DNA of 39,508 bases from Campylobacterota bacterium (GCA_034722955.1 JAYEOM010000038.1:2744-42251), one strand, 5' to 3'; counted from the stretch's first letter, positions 10,652 through 19,819 are shown. The notes: generated by a model not told the origin, from the sequence alone. Made by a program: numbers and translations.

Positions 10652-10749
10652 TGCCAGATAGAGAAGATGAAGTCGTAACCTATATCCTCTACGCTGTTAT
10701 AGTTGCAGTTTTTATCATTGTTTTGAAGATGCCCAAAAAGAAAAAGTAG
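10651..10749 (+). CDS. Putative 32-aa single-pass membrane peptide MPDREDEVVTYILYAVIVAVFIIVLKMPKKKK (not in ORF track)
   Basis: GGAGG at 10639-10643, 7 nt before a GTG that overlaps the EIIA TAG stop; acidic N-terminus, 18-residue hydrophobic helix, poly-Lys C-terminus. Confidence 0.65.
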   Translation: MPDREDEVVTYILYAVIVAVFIIVLKMPKKKK

Positions 10750-10784
10750 ATGATAGTTCTATTTACATTTGGTTGATACTCTTT

Positions 10785-10793
10785 TGTTACAAT
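10785..10793 (+). promoter_or_regulatory. Extended -10 promoter for mltB
   Basis: TGTTACAAT; AGGAG RBS before GTG 10823. Confidence 0.5.
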
Positions 10794-10822
10794 GGATAAC
10801 AGTTTAACATAGGAGTTTTTTA

Positions 10823-11842
10823 GTGAAATTTTTTATATCCATGCTTCTGTTCTCTTTTCTCTTTGTGTCAACTTTGACAGCTAAAGATTATACAAAAAAG
10901 TATGAAGTTCGTCTCTTTATCGATCAGATGGTAAGGAAACATAAGTGCAGTAGAAGTAAGCTCAACAAGCTCTTTCGCAATGCCAAATTTCAGAGAAAAG
11001 CACTGGCAATATATATTCCATCTCTGAGACCAAAGGTGCACCCCTCCAAAGTAGTAAAAAGAAAAAAACAGGGCTCTTGGGATCGTTATGAAGGGGTCTT
11101 TCTCAAAGAGTCCAAAGTAGATAAAGGGGTGAAATATATGCGTAAGCATCGTCGCACCCTGCAGAGAGCCTACCAAAAATATGGTGTTCAGCCTGAGTAT
11201 ATCACTGCTATCATCGGGATAGAGAGTCACTATGGGGTCAATACAGGGAAGTTTCCTGTGTTTGATACCTTGACAACGCTTGCATTTGAAGAGAATAGAC
11301 GCAAACGATTCTATAAGTCGGAACTCAAAGCTTTTCTGTTGATGACAAAAAGAGAGAAATTGAATCCTAAAAATATCAAGGGCTCTTATGCCGGAGCGAT
11401 AGGCTTGGGTCAGTTTATGCCTAGCAACTATAGAGCCTATGTGGTTGATTTCAATGGTGACGGCAGGAAGCGGATGAACCACTCTGAAGATGCCATAGGT
11501 AGTATAGCCTACTATATCAAACGCCATGGATGGAAGAGAGGAGAGCCTGTGGCTGTTCGTGTCTCTTATCCCGGTACACGATATCGAGGTAGGCAGACAG
11601 GTTACAAGCATAAGTATAGCAGAGCTTCACTCAAAGGTATAAATCCAAAAGAAAATTTTGATTATAGTGGTAAAGTACATCTGATAAAACTAAAACGATA
11701 TAGCTTTGATGAACTCTGGTATGGTACAAAAAACTTCCGTGTGATCACCAGATATAACCATAGCAACTACTACGCAATGGCAGTTTATCAGTTAGCAGAC
11801 CGTATCAAAAAAGGGTATAAAAGGAGATATGGAACTATCTAA
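10823..11842 (+). CDS. mltB: Lytic murein transglycosylase B family (MltB/SltB1-like, no lipobox)
   Basis: IIGIESHYG (catalytic Glu), GSYAGAIGLGQFMPS, DFNGDG EF-hand, ITRYNHSNYYAMAV. Confidence 0.9.
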   Translation: MKFFISMLLFSFLFVSTLTAKDYTKKYEVRLFIDQMVRKHKCSRSKLNKLFRNAKFQRKALAIYIPSLRPKVHPSKVVKRKKQGSWDRYEGVFLKESKVDKGVKYMRKHRRTLQRAYQKYGVQPEYITAIIGIESHYGVNTGKFPVFDTLTTLAFEENRRKRFYKSELKAFLLMTKREKLNPKNIKGSYAGAIGLGQFMPSNYRAYVVDFNGDGRKRMNHSEDAIGSIAYYIKRHGWKRGEPVAVRVSYPGTRYRGRQTGYKHKYSRASLKGINPKENFDYSGKVHLIKLKRYSFDELWYGTKNFRVITRYNHSNYYAMAVYQLADRIKKGYKRRYGTI

Positions 11843-11856
11843 GGAGTTGGAAAACT

Positions 11857-11947
11857 GTAGGGGCAGACCTATGTGTCTGCCCAAATGTTAAAAACAAAAC
11901 CATTTCAAATCACCATATCAAGGGCAGACACATAGGTCTGCCCCTAT
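11857..11947. repeat. GTAG-type REP doublet (REPIN-like): two inverted 26-bp palindromic units 39 bp apart
   Basis: GTAG-GGGCAGAC-CTATGT-GTCTGCCC at 11857-11882 and its reverse complement (25/26 identical) at 11922-11947, between convergent genes. Confidence 0.85.
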
Positions 11948-12381
11948 ATGCCCTGAAAAAGTGCTTTATGTTCTACCATACTGCATTGGTTTTGTACTAC
12001 CTTCATACCTGCACTCTCTGCTCTTTTGGCTGCACTGTTGTTGACTAGACCTAGCTGTCCCCAGAAGACTTTGATATCGCCCCGTTTGATACATGCATCT
12101 GCTATAGGATCGAAAGCAGCAGGTTTTCTGAATATATTGACCATATCTACCTCAAAAGGGATCTCTGCTAGAGAGCTGTATACTTTCTCTCCAAGGATGC
12201 TCTCCCCTTTTGGATATACGGGGATGATCTTGTATCCTACACTCTGTAGATATTTTGCTACTCTGTGGCTCGCTTTGGATTCATCGGGGGAGAGTCCTAG
12301 GACGGCGATAGTTTTGACAGATTCAAAGATCTCCTTGATCTCTTCTCTATTGCTATTTATACTTGGGAATTCACACTCCAT
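11944..12381 (-). CDS. CoA-binding protein (YccU family)
   Basis: TIAVLGLSPDESKASHRVAKYLQ, IIPVYP, VDMVNIFR, WGQLG. Confidence 0.92.
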   Translation of the reverse strand: MECEFPSINSNREEIKEIFESVKTIAVLGLSPDESKASHRVAKYLQSVGYKIIPVYPKGESILGEKVYSSLAEIPFEVDMVNIFRKPAAFDPIADACIKRGDIKVFWGQLGLVNNSAAKRAESAGMKVVQNQCSMVEHKALFQGI

Positions 12382-12395
12382 ACTTAATCCTTTAG

Positions 12396-12404
12396 TGATA
12401 TAAT
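12396..12404 (+). promoter_or_regulatory. Extended -10 promoter for ilvA
   Basis: TGATATAAT in the 49-bp divergent gap. Confidence 0.55.
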
Positions 12405-12430
12405 GCGTTCATTATTACCTAGGGAAGATA

Positions 12431-13642
12431 ATGTTAGACTTAAATAGTATCAAAAAAGCATATCAGAGAGTGAGAGGTGTCGTACACCATACACCTTTTA
12501 CACACGCACCGATCTTGAGTGAGATGAGTGGTTATGAAGTGTATCTCAAAAAAGAGAACCTCCAGAGAACAGGGGCATTCAAGCTGAGAGGGGCATTCAA
12601 TCGCATAGCAGCACTCATAGAGTCGGCAAGTACCGGAGGTGTAGTAGCTGCAAGTGCCGGCAATCATGCACAGGGTGTAGCATTTGCTGCCAAACACTTC
12701 GGGATAGATGCGACTATCATCATGCCCGAATCAACACCATTGACCAAGGTACAGGGTGTCAAGGAGTTGGGTGCGAGAGTGATACTCTATGGAGCCAACT
12801 ATGATGAAGCTTATGGTTATGCTGTAGGGTATGCTGTAGAGAGCAGTAGAGAGTTTGTCCACCCCTTTACCGATGATGAGGTGATAGCGGGTCAAGGAAC
12901 AGTTGCGATAGAGATGCTTGAAGAGATTCCAACTCTTGACGCTGTGATCGTGCCTGTCGGAGGCGGAGGATTGATATCTGGTGTGGCGACAGCCATCAAG
13001 GCTATGGAGCCATCTTGTAGAGTGATCGGTATAGCTGCAGAGGGAGCTCCTGCTATGGCTACCTCCTATAGAGAGGGCAGGGCTATCGATACGACAGATG
13101 TGCGAACCATAGCAGATGGGATTGCGGTGAGAGATACATCTCCCCAAACACTGAAATATCTGCTCAAATATGTCGATGATATGCAGCTCGTAGGAGAAGA
13201 TGAGATCGCTCATGCTATTTTGTTTCTGCTTGAGAAGCAGAAAGTACTAGTAGAGGGTGCTGGAGCAGTAGCTGTAGCTGCCCTGATCCATGGCAAGGTA
13301 GTTATGCCCAAAGGGAGCAAGATAGGTATCGTCCTCAGTGGTGGCAATATCGATGTAACTATGCTCTCTCTGATCATCGAAAAAGGGTTGATAAAATCCT
13401 CCCGAAAGATGAAGCTCATCGTTACTCTAGTAGATAAGCCCGGCTCTTTGATGCTCTTCACTGAACTGCTCACCAAAGTAGGAGCCAATATAGTTCAGAT
13501 AGGTTATGATAGAACTTCAACTGATTTGAAATTTGGTGATGCCAATGTCTCTGTGGATCTGGAGACCAAAGGTATCGAGCATCAAGATGAGATTCGCAGG
13601 GCTCTTTTGGAGAGTGGATTTGCTTTTTGTGAAGAGCATTGA
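12431..13642 (+). CDS. ilvA: Threonine ammonia-lyase with C-terminal ACT domain
   Basis: KKENLQRTGAFKLRGA (PLP Lys), ASAGNHAQG, VGGGGL, SGGNID, DKPGSL ACT. Confidence 0.95.
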   Translation: MLDLNSIKKAYQRVRGVVHHTPFTHAPILSEMSGYEVYLKKENLQRTGAFKLRGAFNRIAALIESASTGGVVAASAGNHAQGVAFAAKHFGIDATIIMPESTPLTKVQGVKELGARVILYGANYDEAYGYAVGYAVESSREFVHPFTDDEVIAGQGTVAIEMLEEIPTLDAVIVPVGGGGLISGVATAIKAMEPSCRVIGIAAEGAPAMATSYREGRAIDTTDVRTIADGIAVRDTSPQTLKYLLKYVDDMQLVGEDEIAHAILFLLEKQKVLVEGAGAVAVAALIHGKVVMPKGSKIGIVLSGGNIDVTMLSLIIEKGLIKSSRKMKLIVTLVDKPGSLMLFTELLTKVGANIVQIGYDRTSTDLKFGDANVSVDLETKGIEHQDEIRRALLESGFAFCEEH

Positions 13643-14577
13643 TGCGGATGATAGCGATTGATCTAGGATCAAACACTCTGCGTGTGACAGAGATGGATTG
13701 TCATACAGGAGAGTTTGGTGCATCGTTTGAAAAGATAGTAAAGACAGCCGATGGTTTGGCAGATAGGGGATCGATCCATCCAGATGCCGTAGAGAGAGTC
13801 ATATCTGCGATCTATGAAGCCAAAGATGAGATAGATTTCTCTTCAGGTAGAGTGCGTGCAGTGACGACAGAAGCTCTTCGCAGAGCAGTAAATGCAGATG
13901 CAGTCCTTGCCGAGATCAGAGAGAAGACAGGTGTCATCTTTGAGATCATCTCAGGTGAGGAGGAGGCAGAGTTGACTCTGCTTGCTGTAGAGCATAGGCT
14001 GGATCTACTCTATAGAGATCTGGGTAGTGATAGGTTGGACTCTTTTGTTCTGATCGATATCGGGGGTGGCTCTACAGAGTTGATCTTCTGCTATCCTCAT
14101 AAGAGAGTAACCCGTAGTTTCCCCATAGGGATCGTGACAGTAGCACAGCAGTATCTCACACTAGAAGCGATAGCAGAGGCTATACCTATAGTGATGAGAG
14201 AGATGCAGATTTTTACAGATGAAGTCTATAGCAGAGAGGGTATAGTAGATAGACTGGTCGCGACAGCAGGTACTCCTACTACAGTAGCAGCGATGAAGCT
14301 GGGGCAAAATTATGCAGATTATGATCCACGGCAGATCAATGGAAGCCAACTATCCATCAGAGATCTAGATAGAGAGTTGGAGTATCTTCTATCTCTTCCA
14401 TTTGCCCAGAGAGAAACCATAGTGGGCGTAGGCAGAAGTGATCTCATCGCTGCCGGGATATTGATCTTCAAGCATCTTCTTTCGATAGTTGGTATGGATC
14501 AATGTGTAGTGATCGATGATGGATTGAGAGAGGGTGTAGCGTTACAAAGTTGTATTGAGTCTGAATGTTGGGTATAA
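13642..14577 (+). CDS. Ppx/GppA family phosphatase (short form)
   Basis: IDLGSNT, TEALRRA, DIGGGSTE, GLREG; ATG overlaps the ilvA TGA. Confidence 0.92.
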   Translation: MRMIAIDLGSNTLRVTEMDCHTGEFGASFEKIVKTADGLADRGSIHPDAVERVISAIYEAKDEIDFSSGRVRAVTTEALRRAVNADAVLAEIREKTGVIFEIISGEEEAELTLLAVEHRLDLLYRDLGSDRLDSFVLIDIGGGSTELIFCYPHKRVTRSFPIGIVTVAQQYLTLEAIAEAIPIVMREMQIFTDEVYSREGIVDRLVATAGTPTTVAAMKLGQNYADYDPRQINGSQLSIRDLDRELEYLLSLPFAQRETIVGVGRSDLIAAGILIFKHLLSIVGMDQCVVIDDGLREGVALQSCIESECWV

Positions 14578-14662
14578 GAGTATAGATTTTAATACCCCTT
14601 TCATCGCATATTAGCTATGATTATCAATTATAATAGTATACCAAGATTGTGCGACAGAGGGA

Positions 14663-15067
14663 GTGAGTATTACTAGTAGATTATTAAAGTTCGGTTCTGT
14701 CGGTGCTCTTGGTGTTGTCACCAATCTAGCACTCTATAGTACACTGATATTTTTGAATTTCAACTATAATTTTGCCTCTGTTTCTGCCTTTATGGTGGCA
14801 GTAACACAAAATTTTGTATTGAATAAGAGGTGGACATTTGGAGATCATGACACGCAGATCACCAATAAGTTTATCAAGTATTTGATATTGAACTCTTTGA
14901 GTTTTGTACTCAATTTAGTGATTTTGAATTTGATCATATACTATTTTGGTACAGAAAAGGTGGTGCAGATATTGGCACAAATCGCAGGAATTGCAGGAGG
15001 CATGGTGACAAACTTCATGGGTAGTCATATCGTGGTATTTGGTACGAAGGGAGAGAAGAAGAGATGA
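14663..15067 (+). CDS. GtrA family flippase-like membrane protein
   Basis: LLKFGSVGALG, NFVLNKRWTF, 4 TM segments. Confidence 0.9.
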   Translation: MSITSRLLKFGSVGALGVVTNLALYSTLIFLNFNYNFASVSAFMVAVTQNFVLNKRWTFGDHDTQITNKFIKYLILNSLSFVLNLVILNLIIYYFGTEKVVQILAQIAGIAGGMVTNFMGSHIVVFGTKGEKKR

Positions 15068-15798
15068 AAAAAGGTATTGTGATCATACCCACTTATAATG
15101 AGATCGACAATATAGATAGTATCATTGAAGCAGTCTCTGCTCTTGCTCTTGATCTTGATATCCTCATCGTAGATGATAACTCACCAGACAAGACATACGA
15201 GAGGGTTCAAGAGCTTATAGATAGAGAGTATGCTGGTCGCCTGCATCTCATCATCAGAGAGAAAAAAGAGGGACTAGGAAGAGCATATATCGCAGGATTT
15301 AAGTGGGCATTGGGGAGCAGTAAGCAGTATGACTATATCATAGAGATGGATGCTGATCTATCACACAATCCCAAGTATCTCCCTAGCTTTGTCGAAGAGA
15401 TGGATGATTATGATCTAGTGATCGGCAGTCGTTATGTAGAGGGTGGCGGTGCGACTAACTGGCCACTCTTTCGCAAAGCTATCAGTTATGGGGGCAGCCT
15501 CTACTCAAGGATGATTTTGGGTCTATCTATTATGGATATCACGGGAGGTTTCAAATGTTTCAAGCGTGAAGTGCTTGAGGCGATCAATCTGGACAATATC
15601 ATCACTACTGGGTACTCATTTCAAATCGAGATGAACTATAAAGCGGCACTCAGAGGATTTAGGATCAAAGAGGTTCCCATCATTTTTGAAGAGCGTATAG
15701 CAGGCAAGTCCAAGATGACCAAAAAGGTATTTGTAGAGGCTCTAGGCAAAGTTATCACACTGCGTATGAATAAGAGTAAGATTTTAGAGGAGGGGTGA
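15064..15798 (+). CDS. GT2 polyprenol-monophosphomannose synthase-like (DPM1/Ppm1)
   Basis: IIPTYNE, VDDNSPD, GLGRAY, MDADLSH, DITGGFKCF, GYSFQIEM, GKSKM. Confidence 0.92.
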   Translation: MKKGIVIIPTYNEIDNIDSIIEAVSALALDLDILIVDDNSPDKTYERVQELIDREYAGRLHLIIREKKEGLGRAYIAGFKWALGSSKQYDYIIEMDADLSHNPKYLPSFVEEMDDYDLVIGSRYVEGGGATNWPLFRKAISYGGSLYSRMILGLSIMDITGGFKCFKREVLEAINLDNIITTGYSFQIEMNYKAALRGFRIKEVPIIFEERIAGKSKMTKKVFVEALGKVITLRMNKSKILEEG

Positions 15799-17213
15799 TG
15801 GGTATTCGTGAACGAATAGTTCTTCTCATATTTACTCTATTCAATATAGTTAGCAATGGATTTATACCTTTCTATTCAGATGAGACTTACTACTGGATGT
15901 GGTCCAAGAAGTTAGCTCTCTCCTATTTTGACCACCCTCCGATGGTGGCATACTTGATCAAAGCAACGACACTCTTTGGTGACTCTGTTATGGAGATTCG
16001 ACTGGGTGCACCTCTGATGATGGCAGGAGCGGCATACCTGCTCTACAAGCTTGCACATAAGATGTTCGATGAGAAGATAGCTATATACACCTTTTATATA
16101 TTTTTGAGTGGGATCATAGTCCAGGGTGGTTATACACTCATCACACCGGATATACCACTGATATTTTTCTGGACACTTACTCTATATACCGCCTATATCT
16201 ACATAGAGGAGGATCAGAAAATATACGCACTCCTGACAGGTATCTCTGCCGGGGCTCTTCTGCTCTCCAAATATACAGGTGTACTTCTACTCATCTCCAT
16301 CCTACTCTATATCTTGATCTACAAACGAACACTCTTTAAAGATAGATATTTCTACTATGCACTGGTACTCTGTTTTGCCGTTTTCTCTCCGGTGATCTAC
16401 TGGAACTATCTGCACGATTTTATCTCATTTAAGTTCCAGTTGGGTCATGGTATAGCGGAGGAGAAGCTTTTTAGCCCCAACGATCTGTTGAAATTTGCAG
16501 GGGCACAGATACTACTCTTTCATCCACTATATCTATTTCCGCTGCTATATTTTATTGTCAAAGATAGAGAGAGACTCTCTAGAAAGAGGCTCTATCTGCT
16601 TATCCCATTTCTGTTTCCTTTGGGATTTTTCATATATTTCTCAGCATTCAAACATGCCAATGCACAATGGGCAGCACCTGCGTATCTGAGTGCTACTATT
16701 CTGCTGGGACTCTATCTGGCACAGAGAGATGCTAAGAGATTGATACAGTATGCTGTGGCAGTTACGGCTCTGTTGGTACTTTTGGTAAAGACACCGATAG
16801 GAGATATCATCCCTATCGTAGATAATTTCAAATCTAGAGCAGGCAAGATCGACAACTTTGATAGAGAGATCAAAGCACTGAATCTCGATATTGACAGCTA
16901 TGACTATATCCTTATAGATGACTATCATGGTACTGATGTTGCTTACTATTTTGGAAAGATAGACAATATTTTAGTTCTCTCAGTAGCTAGATTTTCCAAC
17001 TTCAATATCTGGCGTTATGAAGATCTGGGTATCAGCATGGAGTCCCCTCTGTATACTATCCCAAAGCTTGGAAAGTCTATCTATATAGGTATCAGTGATC
17101 TGCATGTCTTTGAACTCAATCAAATTTTTGGTGAGCCTGACTCTATCCGCACTATGGAGAAGAGAGTTGGTAAAAAGATGCTAAAGTACTATTTTGTAGA
17201 GTATCATAATTGA
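15798..17213 (+). CDS. GT-C fold glycosyltransferase (ArnT/PMT_2, GT39/GT83-like)
   Basis: SDETYYWMWSKKLALSYFDHPP, ITPDIPL, LLSKYTG; about 11-12 TM segments; start 15798 or 15795. Confidence 0.88.
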   Translation: MGIRERIVLLIFTLFNIVSNGFIPFYSDETYYWMWSKKLALSYFDHPPMVAYLIKATTLFGDSVMEIRLGAPLMMAGAAYLLYKLAHKMFDEKIAIYTFYIFLSGIIVQGGYTLITPDIPLIFFWTLTLYTAYIYIEEDQKIYALLTGISAGALLLSKYTGVLLLISILLYILIYKRTLFKDRYFYYALVLCFAVFSPVIYWNYLHDFISFKFQLGHGIAEEKLFSPNDLLKFAGAQILLFHPLYLFPLLYFIVKDRERLSRKRLYLLIPFLFPLGFFIYFSAFKHANAQWAAPAYLSATILLGLYLAQRDAKRLIQYAVAVTALLVLLVKTPIGDIIPIVDNFKSRAGKIDNFDREIKALNLDIDSYDYILIDDYHGTDVAYYFGKIDNILVLSVARFSNFNIWRYEDLGISMESPLYTIPKLGKSIYIGISDLHVFELNQIFGEPDSIRTMEKRVGKKMLKYYFVEYHN

Positions 17214-17234
17214 TAATAAATTAAAGGAGAAGAG

Positions 17235-17447
17235 ATGAAATATATTGGAACTTGTCTACTGTGTACAGCAGCTCTGTTGTTTGCAGCTTGCGGTGATGAG
17301 AGCAGTGAGTCTAGTGATGCAAAGGTGGAGAACCCTGTAGGTACATATCTCGATAGTCGCACTGATGCGATGGGCTTGGCTGAGAAGTCGCTAGAGGAGA
17401 GTAAAAAGCGTGCTAAAGAGCAAGAGGATATTATGGATAAGATGTAG
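17235..17447 (+). CDS. Small putative lipoprotein
   Basis: AAGGAG RBS; lipobox LFAAC (Cys19) followed by Ser/Glu-rich linker and a helical C-terminus. Confidence 0.7.
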   Translation: MKYIGTCLLCTAALLFAACGDESSESSDAKVENPVGTYLDSRTDAMGLAEKSLEESKKRAKEQEDIMDKM

Positions 17448-17452
17448 ATAAA

Positions 17453-17482
17453 TATTATAATCTTATAATAAAGATTATAATA
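17453..17482. promoter_or_regulatory. AT-rich 12-bp inverted repeat upstream of the serC promoter
   Basis: TATTATAATCTT-ATAATA-AAGATTATAATA; TATAAT at 17517-17522 downstream. Confidence 0.4.
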
Positions 17483-17552
17483 AGTAGTAGTTAGAGTCTA
17501 TTTATCAATTTTTATGTATAATGGCGAACAAATAATCACATGAGGAGTTTTT

Positions 17553-18635
17553 ATGAGTAGAGTTTTCAATTTTGGAGCAGGTCCTTCAGCGATACCTTTG
17601 GAGGTGTTAGAGGAGGCACAGAAGAATTTAGTGGATTATCAGGGTGAAGGTTTGTCTATCATGGAGGCTTCACATAGATCAAAAATGTATGATGATGTCC
17701 ATACAGAAGCACTCTCTTTGATGAGAGAGCTCTATAAGATTCCTAATGATTATGATATTTTATTGCTTCAGGGTGGTGCATCACTGCAGTTTGCTATGGT
17801 ACCTATAAATCTCTATCTTGGAGGAAAAGCACAATATGTTGATACAGGGAGCTGGTCAGCCAAAGCGATCAAAGAGGCAAAGATACAGGGTATAGATTTT
17901 GATATCATTGCAAGTTCAAAAGAGAGTTCTCACAACCATATCCCAAAAGATATCAACTTTAGTGATGATGCAGACTTTGCATATATCACTTCAAACAATA
18001 CGATCTATGGTACCCAGTACAAAACATTTCCATCGACTAAAGCCCCTCTAGTAGTGGATGCTTCAAGTGATATATTCTCATATCCTGTAGATTGGTCAAA
18101 AGTAGACCTCATGTTTGCCGGTGCTCAGAAAAATGCCGGTCCATCAGGTGTGACGATCGTCATCATCAAAAAAGAGCTTCTTGGTCGTGTGAAAGATAAT
18201 ACTCCATCAATGCTCAGATACAATACACAATCTGATAACAACTCACTCTACAATACGCCACCGACTTTTGGTATCTATATCTTGAGTCTTATCATGAAGT
18301 GGATCAAAGAGCGTGGCGGTATCGAAGCTGTCCAAAAAGATAATGAAAAGAAGGCAGCACTGCTTTATGATGCGATAGATAACAGTGATGGTTTTTATGT
18401 AGGTCATGCCCAAATGGACTCTAGATCTTTGATGAATGTATCTTTCAATATCAGAGACAAAGATGCCGATCTTGAAGCACAACTAGTCAAACTCACTACT
18501 GATAGTGGTATGGTTGGACTCAAAGGACACCGCTCTATAGGCGGATTGAGAGCTTCTATATACAATGCTATGAGTCTAGAAGGTGTCCAAGCCCTTGTGG
18601 ACATTATGGAAAAATTCGCTAACGACAATCGCTAA
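17553..18635 (+). CDS. serC: Phosphoserine aminotransferase
   Basis: FNFGAGP, MEASHRS, QGGASLQF, NNTIYG, GAQKNAGP, NTPPTF, GHRSIGGLRASIYNA. Confidence 0.97.
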   Translation: MSRVFNFGAGPSAIPLEVLEEAQKNLVDYQGEGLSIMEASHRSKMYDDVHTEALSLMRELYKIPNDYDILLLQGGASLQFAMVPINLYLGGKAQYVDTGSWSAKAIKEAKIQGIDFDIIASSKESSHNHIPKDINFSDDADFAYITSNNTIYGTQYKTFPSTKAPLVVDASSDIFSYPVDWSKVDLMFAGAQKNAGPSGVTIVIIKKELLGRVKDNTPSMLRYNTQSDNNSLYNTPPTFGIYILSLIMKWIKERGGIEAVQKDNEKKAALLYDAIDNSDGFYVGHAQMDSRSLMNVSFNIRDKDADLEAQLVKLTTDSGMVGLKGHRSIGGLRASIYNAMSLEGVQALVDIMEKFANDNR

Positions 18636-18646
18636 TAGGAGAAAAT

Positions 18647-19819
18647 ATGTTTAAAATTCAAACACTCAATAGGATATCTCCGATTGGACTAGATCACTTC
18701 ACGAGAGATCGTTATGAGGTAGCTAGTGAGATCTTGAGCTCTGATGCTATGGTTGTCAGAAGTTTCAAGATGCACGACATGCCATTTGATGACAATCTAA
18801 AAGCGATAGCAAGAGCTGGTGCAGGTACCAATAATATACCTATAGAGAAGTGCAGCGAACAGGGTATAGTAGTCTTCAACACACCGGGAGCCAATGCCAA
18901 TGCCGTAAAAGAGCTAGTGGTAGCTAGTCTCTTTCTTGCTGCTAGAGATATCAGTGGCGGTATATCTTGGGTAGAGGGCATCAAGGATGAGGGAGAGAGT
19001 GTCCCTGCACTAGTAGAGAAAAATAAATCTAACTTTGCAGGCAGTGAGATCAAAGGTAAAACACTAGGTGTTGTAGGTTTGGGTGCTATCGGTGCGATGG
19101 TAGCCAACAACGCTTTGGATTTGGGGATGAAGGTTGTGGGTTATGATCCTTACCTCTCTGTAGATGCGGCGTGGGAACTCTCCAGCAGTGTCAAAAAAGC
19201 ATCAGGTCTAGAGACACTTTTGGCTGAGGTAGACTATCTCACTATCCATATCCCTCTACTGGATAGTACCAAAGGGATGTTCAATGCAGAGAAGTTCAAG
19301 ATGATGAGAGATGGGATCAAGATCATCAATTTTGCCAGAGGCGGTCTAGTCGATGATGATGATATGATTCAAGCTCTTGCCAGTGGCAGAGTCTCTGCCT
19401 ATGTCACAGACTTCCCTGAAGCGAAGCTATTGGGCGTGAAGGGTGTGGTGCCTATCCCTCATCTAGGTGCATCGACAGCTGAGTCAGAAGAGAACTGTGC
19501 TGTGATGGCAGTAGAGCAGATCAGGGATTATCTAGAAAATGGTAATATCCAAAACTCTGTCAACTTCCCTCACTGTCTCCTGCCTAAAACAGCAGGGGAG
19601 AAGAGAATCACAATTGCAAACAGAAATGTCCCCAATATGATAGGTGAGATCAGTTCAATACTGGCAAATCACAATATCAATATCTACGACATGCTCAACA
19701 AGAGTAAGGGTGATTTCGCTTACAATATTATAGATGTAGATGGCGATATCAGTGATGCTGTCATCTCAGAGCTAGAGAGTATCGATGGAGTCATCATGGT
19801 GAGGATCATAAAGCAATAG
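18647..19819 (+). CDS. serA: D-3-phosphoglycerate dehydrogenase (short, C-terminal ACT)
   Basis: ARAGAGTNNI, FNTPGANANAV, GVVGLGAIG, NFARG, PHLGAST, ACT NRNVPNMIG; follows serC. Confidence 0.92.
   Translation: MFKIQTLNRISPIGLDHFTRDRYEVASEILSSDAMVVRSFKMHDMPFDDNLKAIARAGAGTNNIPIEKCSEQGIVVFNTPGANANAVKELVVASLFLAARDISGGISWVEGIKDEGESVPALVEKNKSNFAGSEIKGKTLGVVGLGAIGAMVANNALDLGMKVVGYDPYLSVDAAWELSSSVKKASGLETLLAEVDYLTIHIPLLDSTKGMFNAEKFKMMRDGIKIINFARGGLVDDDDMIQALASGRVSAYVTDFPEAKLLGVKGVVPIPHLGASTAESEENCAVMAVEQIRDYLENGNIQNSVNFPHCLLPKTAGEKRITIANRNVPNMIGEISSILANHNINIYDMLNKSKGDFAYNIIDVDGDISDAVISELESIDGVIMVRIIKQ

Noticed and set aside
10868..11611. 247-aa antisense ORF inside mltB, and the many other shadow ORFs in the track (e.g. 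1406-1909, 12731-13213, 22344-22859)
   Set aside because: They overlap well-supported genes and show no recognisable motifs
11857..11947. Repeat-spacer-repeat as a mini CRISPR array
   Set aside because: The two units are inverted rather than direct, and there are no cas genes
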